Source: an uncultured delta proteobacterium (GTDB lineage Bacteria > Desulfobacterota > Binatia > DP-6). Taken from it: a stretch of DNA of 64,000 nt. The notes below the pieces were generated by a model. That model was not told the DNA's origin. It did not search any database and saw only the letters and a list, made by a program, of their open reading frames with translations. A program made the position numbers and the translations under genes. Each line of letters starts with the position of its first letter. The first letter of the stretch is position 1. The stretch spans positions 357,966-421,965 of the forward strand of contig CAWKPA010000010.1 in the NCBI GenBank assembly GCA_963851365.1. The letters are read 5' to 3'. Shown in pieces: positions 42,568 through 53,145 of this stretch.

Positions 42568-45500
42568 TCACGGGAAGACCAGCGCCCCGGAGTTCTTGCG
42601 GCGCAGCGTGGCGGTGCCGGTGGCGCAGCTGCCGCCCACCCGCACCGTCACCCGCAGGTCGGGCGACGCGAGCTGTGTGACGTCGACACGCCGCCCGACG
42701 ACGGTGAAACCGCCGCCCGTCGAGGACCGCCGCAGCGACATGTCGACGATGGGGGGGCACACGCGCGACTTCTGGTCCCAGAAGCCGAAGTGCTTGCGGT
42801 AGAGCTTCATCCACTTCTGCTGCGGAATGGTGCAACAGGCGAGCAGCATACCGTCGCCGATCGCCACCGACACGTCCTCGGTGCGCGGATCGAGCGTCGA
42901 GAACTCCGCACCGCCCAGCGTCCCGCGGACGAACAGCCGGGAGCGCGACGGGTTGCCGTTCCGCGGCGTGGCCCGAACCTTGGTGACGGTCAGCGTGCCG
43001 ATCTCCGTACAGCAGTCGGCGTCGTCCCAGTCGATCTGCCCGTCGCCGTCATCGTCGATACAGTTGTCGCAGATCTCCCCCGACGAGGCGTCCGTGCTCG
43101 CCGAGGCGGTGTTGTCGTCCGGGGTCGGGTCCGGCTCGGTGGCGGTGACGCTCGCTTGATTGGTGAACGGTTGCGCCGCGTCACGGGTGGCGGTGACGGT
43201 GACCGTGGCGGTGCCATCCGGCGCCAGCGTGCCCAGCGCGCAGCTGAGCGTACGGCCCCCCAGCGTGCAGGTGCCCTGACTCGCCGATGCCGTGCCCGGC
43301 GTCACCTGCTGCGGCAGGTCGTCGGTGAGCGTCACCGACGTGGCGGTCGAGGGCCCGCGGTTGGTGACGACGAGGGTATAGGTGAGCGTCTCGCCCACCG
43401 CCGCCATCGCCGGCATGACCGCCTTCGACAGCGCCAGATCGGCCGCGGGTTGCACCGTGACCGTCACCGTGGAGGTGTTGTTCCCCGGATCGGGATCCGG
43501 CGTGTCGCTCGCGACGGTGGCGGTGTTGCTCAGCGCCCCCGTGACCCGCGGCAGGACCGTCACCGTCACGCTGGCGGTGCCGCCGGACGACAGGTTCCCC
43601 AGCGAGCAGGCGAGCACGGTCGTCCCGCTGCAGGCCCCTTGGGTGGCGGTGACCGAAACCAGATCGACGCCGGCCGGCAGGGGATCCTGGATGGTCACCG
43701 CCAGCGCGCCGTCGGGTCCGTCGTTGGCGATCTGCAGCTCGTAGACCAGCGGCTGGCCGATGAGGCCCGTCCCACCCGCGGTCTTGACGATCGCCAGGTC
43801 GGCGCTGGCCGTGATCGCGGTCTGGACGGTGCTGGTGTTGTTCTGCGGGTTCGGGTCGGGGGTGGGGCTCGACACCGTCGCGGTGTTGACCGCCACGCGC
43901 GCCCCGCCCGCGCCGGGCCGGACGGTGTACGTGGAGGTGATCACGCGCCGCGCGCCCGGCGCGAGGAGGCCGAGCGCACACGGGAACGCCGTCACGCAGT
44001 CGCCGGCGTTGGAGACGAACACGAGGTCGGGCGGCGTCGGGTCGGTCACCGCGACGTCCATGGCGGTCGACGGGCCCGCGTTGAGCACTTCGACGACGTA
44101 GATCAGCGTCTGGCCCGACGCGACCGCCGGCGGCCCGGTCTTCACCACTTCGAGGTTCGCCGCCTGCTCGATCGGCGTCTGGTCGGTGGCGCTGTTGTTC
44201 GCGGGGTCCGGGTCGATCACCCCCGGCGGCGGCGTCACCGTGGCCGTGTTGGCGAGCGTCCCCGAGGCGTCGGAGCGGAGCGCCGTGCTGACGACGAACA
44301 CGACGCGGCCGCCAGGCGGCAGGAGGGCGACCGGGAGGTCGATATCCCCCGCGCCGGAGCCGGTCCCGGTGGGATTCGCCGGCGAGGGCGATTCGCAGAA
44401 CGATCCGGTGTCCGGCGTGCAGGTCCACGTGACCCCGCCCAGCAGCGCGGGGAAGGCATCCATCACGCGGGCGTTCGTAACCGGGCTCGGGCCCGCGTTC
44501 TGCACCGTGATCGTGTAGGTGACCGCCTGCCCGGCGACGGCGACGGTGAGGCCGTCCGTCTTGATGATCGACAGGTCCGCCACGAGGCCTGCCGTCACGG
44601 TGGCGACACCGGTGTCGTTGGTGGGGTTGGGGTCACACAGCCCCGCCGGCGGCGTCGGCGGCAGGGGGCAAGTGGGCGGCGCGGTCTTGGTCGCCGTGTT
44701 CGTGAGCGTGCCCGCCGCCGTTGGCCGGACGGTCAGGGTCAGGACGCGCAACTGCGACGCCTCGAGGGCGCCGACCGTCCAGTCGCCGGTCATCGCGTCG
44801 AACTCCGCCGCCGGCACCGCCCCGACCAGCTCGAGCCCGGCGGGCAGGACGTCGCGCACGACCACGCCCGTCGCCTGTTCCGGCCCGAGGTTCGTGGCGA
44901 CGACGGTGAACGTCACCAGCTCGCCCACCGCCGGCGCGGGGTTGCTGACCGCCTTCGCCACGGCGACGTCCGCGGTGCCCGCCCCGTTCAGGGTGACGCT
45001 CGCCTGGTCGTTGACGGGATTCGGGTCCGGCTCCGCCTGCGCGGTCTTCCGCGCCGTATTGACGACGGCGTACGGCACCAGGGCCGTCGCTTGCAGCGTG
45101 AGGATGGCCGACGCCCCCGGGGCCAGCGCCCCGACGGTCCACACGCCCGTGCCCTGGTCGTAGGTACCCTGCGACGCGCTGGCGCCCGCGAAGCCGAGGT
45201 CGGCCGGCAGTGCGTCCTCGACGACCACGCCGGTGGCGGCGCTCGGGCCGAAGTTGGTGACCCGCACGGTAAAGGTGACGGTTTCGCCGAGGGCCGGGTT
45301 CGGGACGTCCACCGACTTCGCCACGCCGACGTCGGCCAGGACGCCGGCGTTGAGCGTCGCCGTCGCGGTATCGTTGCTGGTGTCGGGGTCGGGCTCGTTG
45401 CCGGTGGTGTTGGTGGCGATGTTGGTGATGGTGCCCGACTGGGTCACGACCGCGGTCAGCGTGAGCTGTGCGCGCTCGCCCACCCCGAGCCGGCCGACCG

Positions 45501-48500
45501 ACCACTCGCCGGCGGGCGACGCGAGGTACACGCCCTGCGAGGCCGTCGAGCCGGTCAGACTGAGGCCGGCCGGCAGCAGATCGACCACGGTCACGTTGGT
45601 CGCGACGCTCGGCCCGTTGTTGACCGCCTCCACCGTGAACACCACGGTGGCGCCCACCAGCGCCGTCGCGGGCGCGACCTGTTTCGACAGGCCGATGTCC
45701 GCGGAGCGGTTCACCGTCGTCTGCGCTTCGGCCGTGTTGTCGGAGGGATTCGCATCGGTCGTGTCGCTCGTCACCTGCGTGCGGTTCACGATCGGGTTCG
45801 GCGCCGCGTATCCTTCCGGCACCGCGAAGGTCGCGATGATGGTGCGCGATTCCCCGGGACCCAGATCGCCGAGGGCGCAAGGGAAGGCCGTCGTGCACGC
45901 GCCGGCGTTCGACACGAACGTCAGCCCTGGCGGTGTCTGGTCGGTGACGACCACGTTCCGGGCGGTCGACCGCCCCTGCTCGTTCGTCACCACGATCGTG
46001 TAGGCGACCTGGTTGCCCGGCACCACGACGGCCGGACCGGTCTTGGCGATCCGCAGGTCGGCGATGGCGACGATGTCGGTCACGTCGGTGGCCGTCGCGG
46101 TCGACGGCTCGCCGAAGCCCGGCGGATTGGTCGTCTGGACGGTGTTCACCAATTGCCCCTGCGCGTCGGGGGCGACGGTGCCCGCGAGCAGGAAGGTCGC
46201 CGTCGCGTTCACCGGCAGCGACACGGTGGTGGCGATGGCCCCGGTCCCACTGGCCGCGCCGCAGCTCCCTCCGGCGCTGGTGCAGGTCCAACTCGCGCCC
46301 TGCAACGCCGGCGGGGGCGTGTCGGCGACGGCGACGTTCGTCACGTTGCTCGGGCCCCGGTTGAGGATCGTGATGGTATAGGTGACCGGGCCGCCGGCAA
46401 CGACCTGGGACAGGCCGTCGGTCTTCGTCACCAGCAGGTTGGCCACGGGCGCGCCCAGGCTGGCCGATCCCGTGCCCGTGTTGTTGCCCGGCACGGGGTC
46501 GGGCGTGGGACTCGAGACGGTCGCGACGTTCACGATCGGGTCGGGCATGGTGTAGCCCGGCGGCACGAAGAAGGTGGTGGTCACCACCGCCGTGGCGCCC
46601 GGGGCCAGCGTACCCAGCGCGCACGGGAACGCCGTGGTGCACGCCCCCGCATTCGACACGAACGTCAGGCCTGGCGGCGTCGGATCGGCGAGGACCACGC
46701 CCGTGGCGGTGGAGGGGCCCGCGTTGGTCACGGTGATCGTGAACGAGACCGGCGTCCCGGCGACGATGAACCCGGGCGGCCCGTCCTTGTCGGCGGCCAG
46801 GTCGGCGGACGCCAGGATCGTGGTGGTGTCGGTGCTGCTGTCGTTGCCCGGATTCGGGTCCGTCGTGCCGGCGGGGGGCATGACGGTGGCCGTGTTGGTC
46901 AGCGTGCCGAGCGCCGACGGCGACACGGTTCCGGTGGCCGTGAAGACGACGGCGCGCCCGACCGGCAGGTTCGCCGTGGTCGCGATGGCCCCGGCGCCGC
47001 TCGCCGCGCCGCACGCGGCCCCGCCGTCGGCGGCGCATGTCCAGGTGACGCCCGTCAGCGCCGGCGGGAAGGTGTCGGCCACGGCGGCGCCGACGACGTC
47101 GCTCGGGCCGGCGTTGAAGACGGCGATGGTGTAGGTCACCTGGTTGCCCGCCAGCACCGTCGTCAGGCCGTCGGTCTTCGACACCGACAGGTCGGCGACG
47201 CGGGTGGCGGTGATCGTGCTGCTGGCGGTGTTGTTGTTCGGGTTCGGGTCCGGCTCGTTCTGCGCCGTCTTCGTCGCGGTGTTCGTAATGGTCCCCGGAG
47301 CCGTGACCACCGCCGTCAGGCTGAGCGTCGCCGAGCCGCCCACCGCGAGCGACCCGACGGACCAGGTCCCCGTGCCTGCGGCGTAGGCGCCCTGTGACGG
47401 CGTCGCCGACGACAGCGCGAGACCCGCCGGCAGCAGGTCGACCACCACCACGCCCGTGGCCGGGCTGGGACCGAGATTGCTCGCCGTCACGCTGAACGTG
47501 ATCGTCTCCCCCACGGCCGGCGTGGGGTCGTTGACGGCCTTCGCCATGCCGACGTCGGCGTCGCGGACCGGCGTGATGGTCGCCCGGCCCTGGTCGTTGT
47601 TCGGGTTGATGTCGGGTTCGTTGACGGCCGTGAGCGTGGCGACGTTGGTGTACGGGTCCACCGACGTCACCTGCACGGAGAGCTGCAGTTGCACGGAGCC
47701 GCCGGCCGGCACGTTGCCGACGTTCCAGACGCCGGTGGCGGGGTCGTAGGTCGTGCCAGGCGGCGCGACGGCGCCGACGAAGGCGACGCCCGGCCCGATG
47801 GGATCGGTGATCCGCACCCCGGTGGCGTTGGCCGGGCCGGCGTTCGCGACCGTGACCGTGAACGTGACGACGTCGCCGACCCTTGGCGTGGCGACGTCGA
47901 CCGTCTTCGACACGCCGATGTCCACGCCGACGGGCAACGTCAGCATGGCCGGCGGCGAGGTCACGGAACCGCCCGTGGCGGGGCGCGCGGTCGCCGTCGC
48001 GGTGTTGGTGAGGAAGCCATTGGCGTCGAGGTCGGGCGCCTGGACGACGTACGTCCCGGTGCAGCTGGTCGACGACGGGAACTGGGGTTGGGGCAGCAGC
48101 GCGAGCGGCGCCTGGCAGATGATCGCCGGCACCAGGTCGTCGACGATCGCGGACATGGATTGCAGGGTCACCGACACCGAGCCCGTGTTGGTGACGTCGT
48201 AGCGGTACGTCAGCGTCTGGCCGAGCCCGTACGGGGGCGGCGTCACGATGAACTTCCGCAGCGTGATCCGCGGCGTGCTGCCGACGGCCAGCGTGAGAGT
48301 CGAGGGGTTCGACGCCACCGGCCGGCCACCGGGGTCGACGGCTTGCGCGGCGGCGGTGTTGACGATCTGGCCGGCATCGACGTCGGCCTGCGTCACCGTG
48401 TACGAGCCGGTGCACACGACGGTCGACGTGTCGGCGGGGGCCGGATCGATGGAGGTGCGCGGGCACACGACGCCGGGCACGCGCGGATCGGTCACGGTGA

Positions 48501-49629
48501 GGTTCGTCAGCGTTTCGAGCCCGCTGTTGGTGACGACGAACTGGTAGGGAATCACGCTGCCCAGCACGAGCGGGTTCGGCAGCGTCGTCACGTCGACCTG
48601 CTTGTCCAGGGTCAGCTGCGCGAGCGGGTTCACCGTCCGCACCACCACGTTCCGGAGCAGGTGCACGTCGGTGGACGAGCCCGTCGAGCCGGTCCAACCG
48701 AACTTGTAGGTGGCGGGCGGATTCGGCGGCGCGGGGATGTCGAGCACTTGCCGGGGGCCGTTGCCGTCGAAGAAATCGATCGACACGGCGACACGCGGCG
48801 CCGGTCCCGGCGTCACGGTGACGGAGATCCGCCGGCGCGACACCGCCAGGGTCGGCCCGCGCAGCGATCCCGGGAGAGTGGTCATCGGCGGATTCGTCTT
48901 CGTCGCCGTGGCGTCGAGATAGCAGTACCCGCGCATCTGGTTCCCGGGGCCGCGCACCACGATGGCCCCGGGGACCTTCGCGCTCGGGAACGGGGGCCGC
49001 TGATTCGCCGAGCATCCCCGACCGCGGCCCTCGTTGTCGTTGTAGAAGTTGCCGAAGGCGTCGAGACCGACGCCGACATAGCCGCCAGCGATGCCATCGA
49101 ACCCGCTGCGCTGCGCGTAGCCCAGGCTCCCGCCGAAGCCGCCTGGCTGTGTCAGGTTCGTGGCGCCGTCGACCAGGAAGAACGCGATGCCGTCGGCGCC
49201 GGTCCCGCCGTACTGCCACTGGTCGAAGGTGGCGACCAGCCCAGCGCTCGACGGGATCGGGCGGTTGTAGAGGATGGAACCGGTCTTGTTGGTGACGGCG
49301 TCGGTCAATTGCAGGTAGCCGGGCAGCGCGCCGGGTACCGGCACCGGGCCGCCCTGGCTGGCGCCACAGTCGGGAATGTTGGCCGCCCCGGGCGGCAGCG
49401 GCGCGCCGATCGCGCGCCCGGTGAGACAGGTGGCGCCCTGGACCCGAAAGTTCGGGTCCAGCACCGCCGGGCCCGCGAAGGTCTCGTTGACCAGCTCGGT
49501 GCCACTCTGAGCATGCGCAGCGCTCGCACCCGCCAGGGCGCACGCGGCCACCACGACGAGCGTGATACCCGGAGCCCCACATCGCAATCGCGTCGGTCCC
49601 GCTCTCACCCCTGCCCCCCTGCGCACCAC
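42568..49629 (-). CDS. Giant secreted surface protein: N-terminal L-type (legume-like) lectin domain plus ~17 DUF11 repeats plus a Cys-rich C-terminal domain
   Basis: One uninterrupted 2353-aa ORF. Signal peptide VVVAACALAGASAAHA. Lectin-like GADGIAFFLVDG ... GGSLGY. Reiterated DUF11 units of 110-125 aa (..TYTI.V.N.GPS.AT.V.V.D.LP.GL..). C-terminus CDNCIDDDGDGQIDWDDADCC. Confidence 0.85.
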   Translation of the reverse strand: MVRRGAGVRAGPTRLRCGAPGITLVVVAACALAGASAAHAQSGTELVNETFAGPAVLDPNFRVQGATCLTGRAIGAPLPPGAANIPDCGASQGGPVPVPGALPGYLQLTDAVTNKTGSILYNRPIPSSAGLVATFDQWQYGGTGADGIAFFLVDGATNLTQPGGFGGSLGYAQRSGFDGIAGGYVGVGLDAFGNFYNDNEGRGRGCSANQRPPFPSAKVPGAIVVRGPGNQMRGYCYLDATATKTNPPMTTLPGSLRGPTLAVSRRRISVTVTPGPAPRVAVSIDFFDGNGPRQVLDIPAPPNPPATYKFGWTGSTGSSTDVHLLRNVVVRTVNPLAQLTLDKQVDVTTLPNPLVLGSVIPYQFVVTNSGLETLTNLTVTDPRVPGVVCPRTSIDPAPADTSTVVCTGSYTVTQADVDAGQIVNTAAAQAVDPGGRPVASNPSTLTLAVGSTPRITLRKFIVTPPPYGLGQTLTYRYDVTNTGSVSVTLQSMSAIVDDLVPAIICQAPLALLPQPQFPSSTSCTGTYVVQAPDLDANGFLTNTATATARPATGGSVTSPPAMLTLPVGVDIGVSKTVDVATPRVGDVVTFTVTVANAGPANATGVRITDPIGPGVAFVGAVAPPGTTYDPATGVWNVGNVPAGGSVQLQLSVQVTSVDPYTNVATLTAVNEPDINPNNDQGRATITPVRDADVGMAKAVNDPTPAVGETITFSVTASNLGPSPATGVVVVDLLPAGLALSSATPSQGAYAAGTGTWSVGSLAVGGSATLSLTAVVTAPGTITNTATKTAQNEPDPNPNNNTASSTITATRVADLSVSKTDGLTTVLAGNQVTYTIAVFNAGPSDVVGAAVADTFPPALTGVTWTCAADGGAACGAASGAGAIATTANLPVGRAVVFTATGTVSPSALGTLTNTATVMPPAGTTDPNPGNDSSTDTTTILASADLAADKDGPPGFIVAGTPVSFTITVTNAGPSTATGVVLADPTPPGLTFVSNAGACTTAFPCALGTLAPGATAVVTTTFFVPPGYTMPDPIVNVATVSSPTPDPVPGNNTGTGSASLGAPVANLLVTKTDGLSQVVAGGPVTYTITILNRGPSNVTNVAVADTPPPALQGASWTCTSAGGSCGAASGTGAIATTVSLPVNATATFLLAGTVAPDAQGQLVNTVQTTNPPGFGEPSTATATDVTDIVAIADLRIAKTGPAVVVPGNQVAYTIVVTNEQGRSTARNVVVTDQTPPGLTFVSNAGACTTAFPCALGDLGPGESRTIIATFAVPEGYAAPNPIVNRTQVTSDTTDANPSDNTAEAQTTVNRSADIGLSKQVAPATALVGATVVFTVEAVNNGPSVATNVTVVDLLPAGLSLTGSTASQGVYLASPAGEWSVGRLGVGERAQLTLTAVVTQSGTITNIATNTTGNEPDPDTSNDTATATLNAGVLADVGVAKSVDVPNPALGETVTFTVRVTNFGPSAATGVVVEDALPADLGFAGASASQGTYDQGTGVWTVGALAPGASAILTLQATALVPYAVVNTARKTAQAEPDPNPVNDQASVTLNGAGTADVAVAKAVSNPAPAVGELVTFTVVATNLGPEQATGVVVRDVLPAGLELVGAVPAAEFDAMTGDWTVGALEASQLRVLTLTVRPTAAGTLTNTATKTAPPTCPLPPTPPAGLCDPNPTNDTGVATVTAGLVADLSIIKTDGLTVAVAGQAVTYTITVQNAGPSPVTNARVMDAFPALLGGVTWTCTPDTGSFCESPSPANPTGTGSGAGDIDLPVALLPPGGRVVFVVSTALRSDASGTLANTATVTPPPGVIDPDPANNSATDQTPIEQAANLEVVKTGPPAVASGQTLIYVVEVLNAGPSTAMDVAVTDPTPPDLVFVSNAGDCVTAFPCALGLLAPGARRVITSTYTVRPGAGGARVAVNTATVSSPTPDPNPQNNTSTVQTAITASADLAIVKTAGGTGLIGQPLVYELQIANDGPDGALAVTIQDPLPAGVDLVSVTATQGACSGTTVLACSLGNLSSGGTASVTVTVLPRVTGALSNTATVASDTPDPDPGNNTSTVTVTVQPAADLALSKAVMPAMAAVGETLTYTLVVTNRGPSTATSVTLTDDLPQQVTPGTASASQGTCTLGGRTLSCALGTLAPDGTATVTVTATRDAAQPFTNQASVTATEPDPTPDDNTASASTDASSGEICDNCIDDDGDGQIDWDDADCCTEIGTLTVTKVRATPRNGNPSRSRLFVRGTLGGAEFSTLDPRTEDVSVAIGDGMLLACCTIPQQKWMKLYRKHFGFWDQKSRVCPPIVDMSLRRSSTGGGFTVVGRRVDVTQLASPDLRVTVRVGGSCATGTATLRRKNSGALVFP

Positions 49630-49709
49630 ACGGGTTCACGGCACGCCGGAGAGCCGTTATCACGGGTGGAGACGGTGGGACCAGAGGGAATCCGCCGGCG
49701 CCGGCGCAA

Positions 49710-50693
49710 TCAGCGCCACCAGGCCGCCGCACGCTCGAAACACCAGTAGGCCGCGCAGGCGCCCAGGACGTAGGCCGGGGCCATCCGGCTCCAGGTGGGC
49801 GACAGCTTCGCCAGCGGGGAGACGCCTCGCCCGATGATGAGGAGCCCGGCCACGAAGGCGAGTTGGCCGAGCTCGATGCCCCCATTGAACGCGAGCAGCG
49901 CCAGCGGCACCTCGCCCGCCGGCAGGCCCGCATCGCGCAGGGCGCCGGCGAAACCCAGTCCGTGGAGGAGGCCGAAGCCGCACGCGATCGTCCAGGGCCG
50001 CGCCCGCAGCATCGACCGCCCGGCGGTCGGGCGGGCGAGCTCGACGGCCAGGGCCAGCACGCTCCCGGCGATGGCCAGCTCGACGACCCGAGCGGGTGCG
50101 ACGAGCAGGCCGAGCACCGCGGCCGTCAACGTCAGGCTGTGCCCGACGGTGAAGGCGCTCACCATGCCGAGGATGCGGCGACCGGTCCCGGCCAGCAGCA
50201 CCAGGCCGGCGACGAACAACAAGTGATCGGGGCCCCCGAGGATGTGCTCGATGCCCACGCGCAGGTACCCGCCCGCGACGTCGCGGCGCCGCGGACGCGC
50301 GGGCACGGTCACGAACTCACGGCCGGCGGCGACCACCGCGCGCACCGTGCGGCCGTCGAGCAGCTCGACCCGGACGAGGCCCGTCAGCGGCGGGGTCAGG
50401 CCGTCGATCCCGACCCGGGCGCCGATCAGGTCGTCGCACCGCGCCGTCCAGCGGGTCACGATCCCGGCGGTCTCACGGCTGGTTGTCGGCGCATCGAGCC
50501 CCGTGCACGCGGTCGGCAGCACGGGCACGGCCTCGCCGCCGCGCGGCTGCCGCAGGGGCGTCTTCCAGGTGACGGCCACTCGGCCGCCCCCCAAATCCCG
50601 CAGCTCGAGCAGGACCGGCGCCAAGGGGTGCGCCGCGGCAGCGCCCCGCAGGACGACCAGCGCGAACGACAGGAGCGCGAGTCGACACGGCAT
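49710..50693 (-). CDS. HupE/UreJ family (Ni/Co transporter-like) membrane protein
   Basis: Signal peptide from the ATG at 50693. HILGGPDHLLFVAG and FTVGHSLTL His-containing TM motifs typical of the HupE/UreJ_2 family. Confidence 0.65.
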   Translation of the reverse strand: MPCRLALLSFALVVLRGAAAAHPLAPVLLELRDLGGGRVAVTWKTPLRQPRGGEAVPVLPTACTGLDAPTTSRETAGIVTRWTARCDDLIGARVGIDGLTPPLTGLVRVELLDGRTVRAVVAAGREFVTVPARPRRRDVAGGYLRVGIEHILGGPDHLLFVAGLVLLAGTGRRILGMVSAFTVGHSLTLTAAVLGLLVAPARVVELAIAGSVLALAVELARPTAGRSMLRARPWTIACGFGLLHGLGFAGALRDAGLPAGEVPLALLAFNGGIELGQLAFVAGLLIIGRGVSPLAKLSPTWSRMAPAYVLGACAAYWCFERAAAWWR

Positions 50694-50757
50694 GGGATGG
50701 GCACACCATACCAAGATCCTCGACAAGCGGCGTGCAACCCTCGTAGGGTGAAGGACG

Positions 50758-53145
50758 ATGCGCGGATGGGGCGCGATCCTCCTCGTCGTGCTGCAGCTGC
50801 CGGGGCAGGCGGCCGCCGCGCCGCCCTGGCAGCGCACCGAGTCCCGCCAGCCATGCGCGCGGACCGACCCGCTGCGGCGGCCGTTCTTCGGCGACCTCCA
50901 CGTCCACACCCGGTTCTCGGCCGACGCCTACATCTTCGGGACGCGCGTCGGGCCCGCGCGACGCCTATGATTTCGCGCGCGGGCGAACGACGCTCCGGCT
51001 GGCCGACGACGACGGAGGCCCAGACGCGCGTGTCGCGGCCGATCGATCGGCCGCTCGATTTCGCCGCCGTCACCGACCACGCGGAGTTCTTCGGCGAGGT
51101 TCGCTGTGCGCGCACGCCGGCTCGCCGGTCTTCGACGACCGACTTGTGCGCGCTCCTGCGTCAGCCCGAACCCGACCTCTCCAATCGGTTCGAAACGACG
51201 GTGTCGCTGGCTTTTTCCGGCCGGCATTCCCGATCCTCCGCGGTCGCACGCGTTCTGTTTCCTGCCCGGCGTCGACTGCGACGGCGCCGCGGTGTCGGTC
51301 TGGCGGGAGATCCAGGCCGCGGCCGAGGAGGCATACGACCGCACGGCGGCGTGCGCCTTCACGAGCTTCGTCGGCTACGAGCACACCGCGAGCCCGTTCG
51401 GCCGCCACCTCCATCGCAACGTCATCTTCCGCAACGAGCGCGTGCCGGCGACGGCCGGCCAGCCAGCTCGAGACCGACGGCGGCGGCGTCCCGCAGGGCC
51501 TCTGGTCGGCCATCGAGACGCGATTGCCTCGACGCCGGCACCGGCTGCGACGCGCTCATCATCCCGCACAACTCGAACCTGAGCGGCGGCGAGCAGTGGC
51601 ATGGATCCGGCCGACGCCGCCGAGGCGCAACGCGCGCCAGGACCTCGAGCCGCTGGTCGAGATCTTCCAGCACAAGGGCGACTCGGAATGCCGCTTCGAC
51701 CGCCTCGCCGGCACCGGGGTCGGCACCGAGGACGAGCTCTGCACCTTCGAGCAGCTGCCGCGTCGCACACGAGGTGCCCGACGAGCGGTGCCGCCGCCGA
51801 TCGACGCGCTACCCGCGCCGCAATCTGGTGCGCAACGTCCTGAAGGACGGCCTGCTCCTCGAGCAGACGCTCGGCGTCAACCCGTTCCGGATGGGCTTCA
51901 TCGGCAGCACCGACACGCACAACGCGACCGCCGGCGACGCCGACGAGACCGACTGGGACGGTGCGCCAGGGCAACGACGACGCGACCCCGGCGCGACAGC
52001 ATCGGCGACGGCATTCCGCGACAACCCCGGCGGCCTGGCCGTCGTGTGGGCGGAGGAGAACTCGCGCGACGCGATCTTCGCAGCGCTTCGGCGGCGCGAG
52101 ACCTACGCCACCAGCGGCACCCGGCCGGTGGTGCGCTTCTTCGCCGGGGACCTGCGCGGACGTGCGCTGCGGCGACGGCCGATTTCGTCGCCACGGCCTA
52201 CGCGCAGCGGCACGCCGATGGGCGGCGAGCTCGGCGCCGGCGCGGGACGACGCGCAGCCCGACCTTCGCGGTGCTGCGCGCTCAAGGATCCCGGCAGCGC
52301 GGCGCGGCCCGGGCACCGACCTGCAGCGCGTGCAGATCGTCAAGGGCTGGGTCGACGCGAGCGGCGCGACGCACGAGCGCGTCTTCGACGTCGCCGGGGA
52401 TGCGCGCACCGGCGCCGGTGTCGACCCCGCCACGTGCGAGCCGACCGGCCGGGGCGCCGGCGAGCTCTGCACGCTCTGGCGAGATCCCGACCTTCGACGC
52501 GCCGAACGCGCCTTCTACTACGCGCGCGTGCTCGAGAATCCCACCTGCCGCTGGAGCACGCGGGTGTGCAAGGCCGCCGGGGTGGACCCGCTGTCACCGG
52601 ACTGCGCGGCGCAGGCCGCCGCGGCGCCGCCGGCCTTCGCCGACTGTTGCCGCGGACCGACCGACGATGCGACGGCCGAACCGCTGATCCAGGAACGCGC
52701 CTGGACGTCGCCCGTCTGGTACCGGCCGGAAGGGATCGCGCAGGTCCGAGGCCGGGTGCGCTTCGGCAAACGGGCCCGCAACGACACGCTGTCGCTCCGC
52801 ATCCGGCTCGGCGCCTCGGCGCTGCTCGATCTCGATCGCCACGACCTGGCGATCCGCGTCACCGACGACGACGAGATCGCGGCCGTGACCGTGCCGGCGG
52901 GAAGCCGCCGCGTCGGGGCACGACGGCGCGCGGCGGACGGCGCGCGGGTGGCCGTGCGGCCGCGCCCCAGCGGCGAGGTGCTGCTCGCGGTGCGCGCCGC
53001 GCGCCGCGACCTGGGTCGTGCGGACCGGGCGGACCACATGGTGACCGTGCACGTGGCGACGGGCGACTACCGCGCCGCGCACACCCGGCTCTGGCTCGCC
53101 CGCGGCGACACGCTGGCGACCAATCCGACAGGCCGCGCGCGATGA
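50758..53145 (+). pseudogene. DUF3604 family protein, copy 2 (C-terminal ~130-aa extension); N-terminal half disrupted by multiple frameshifts
   Basis: Signal peptide and DPLRRPFFGDLHVHT at 50758-50970. Then DFAAVTDHAEFFGE, VSVWREIQAAAEEAYDRTAACAFTSFVGYEHT, IIPHNSNLSGG, LEPLVEIFQHKGDSEC, GFIGSTDTHNA, LAVVWAEENSRDAIFAALRRRETYATSG lie in different frames. 51961-53145 is intact (QIVKGW ... ERAWTSPVWY ...). Confidence 0.7.

Noticed and set aside
42568-49629. DNA-level tandem repeats or CRISPR-like arrays inside the giant gene
   Set aside because: Repeats are diverged at nucleotide level (protein-level DUF11 periodicity only). No short exact direct repeats with unique spacers anywhere in the window.
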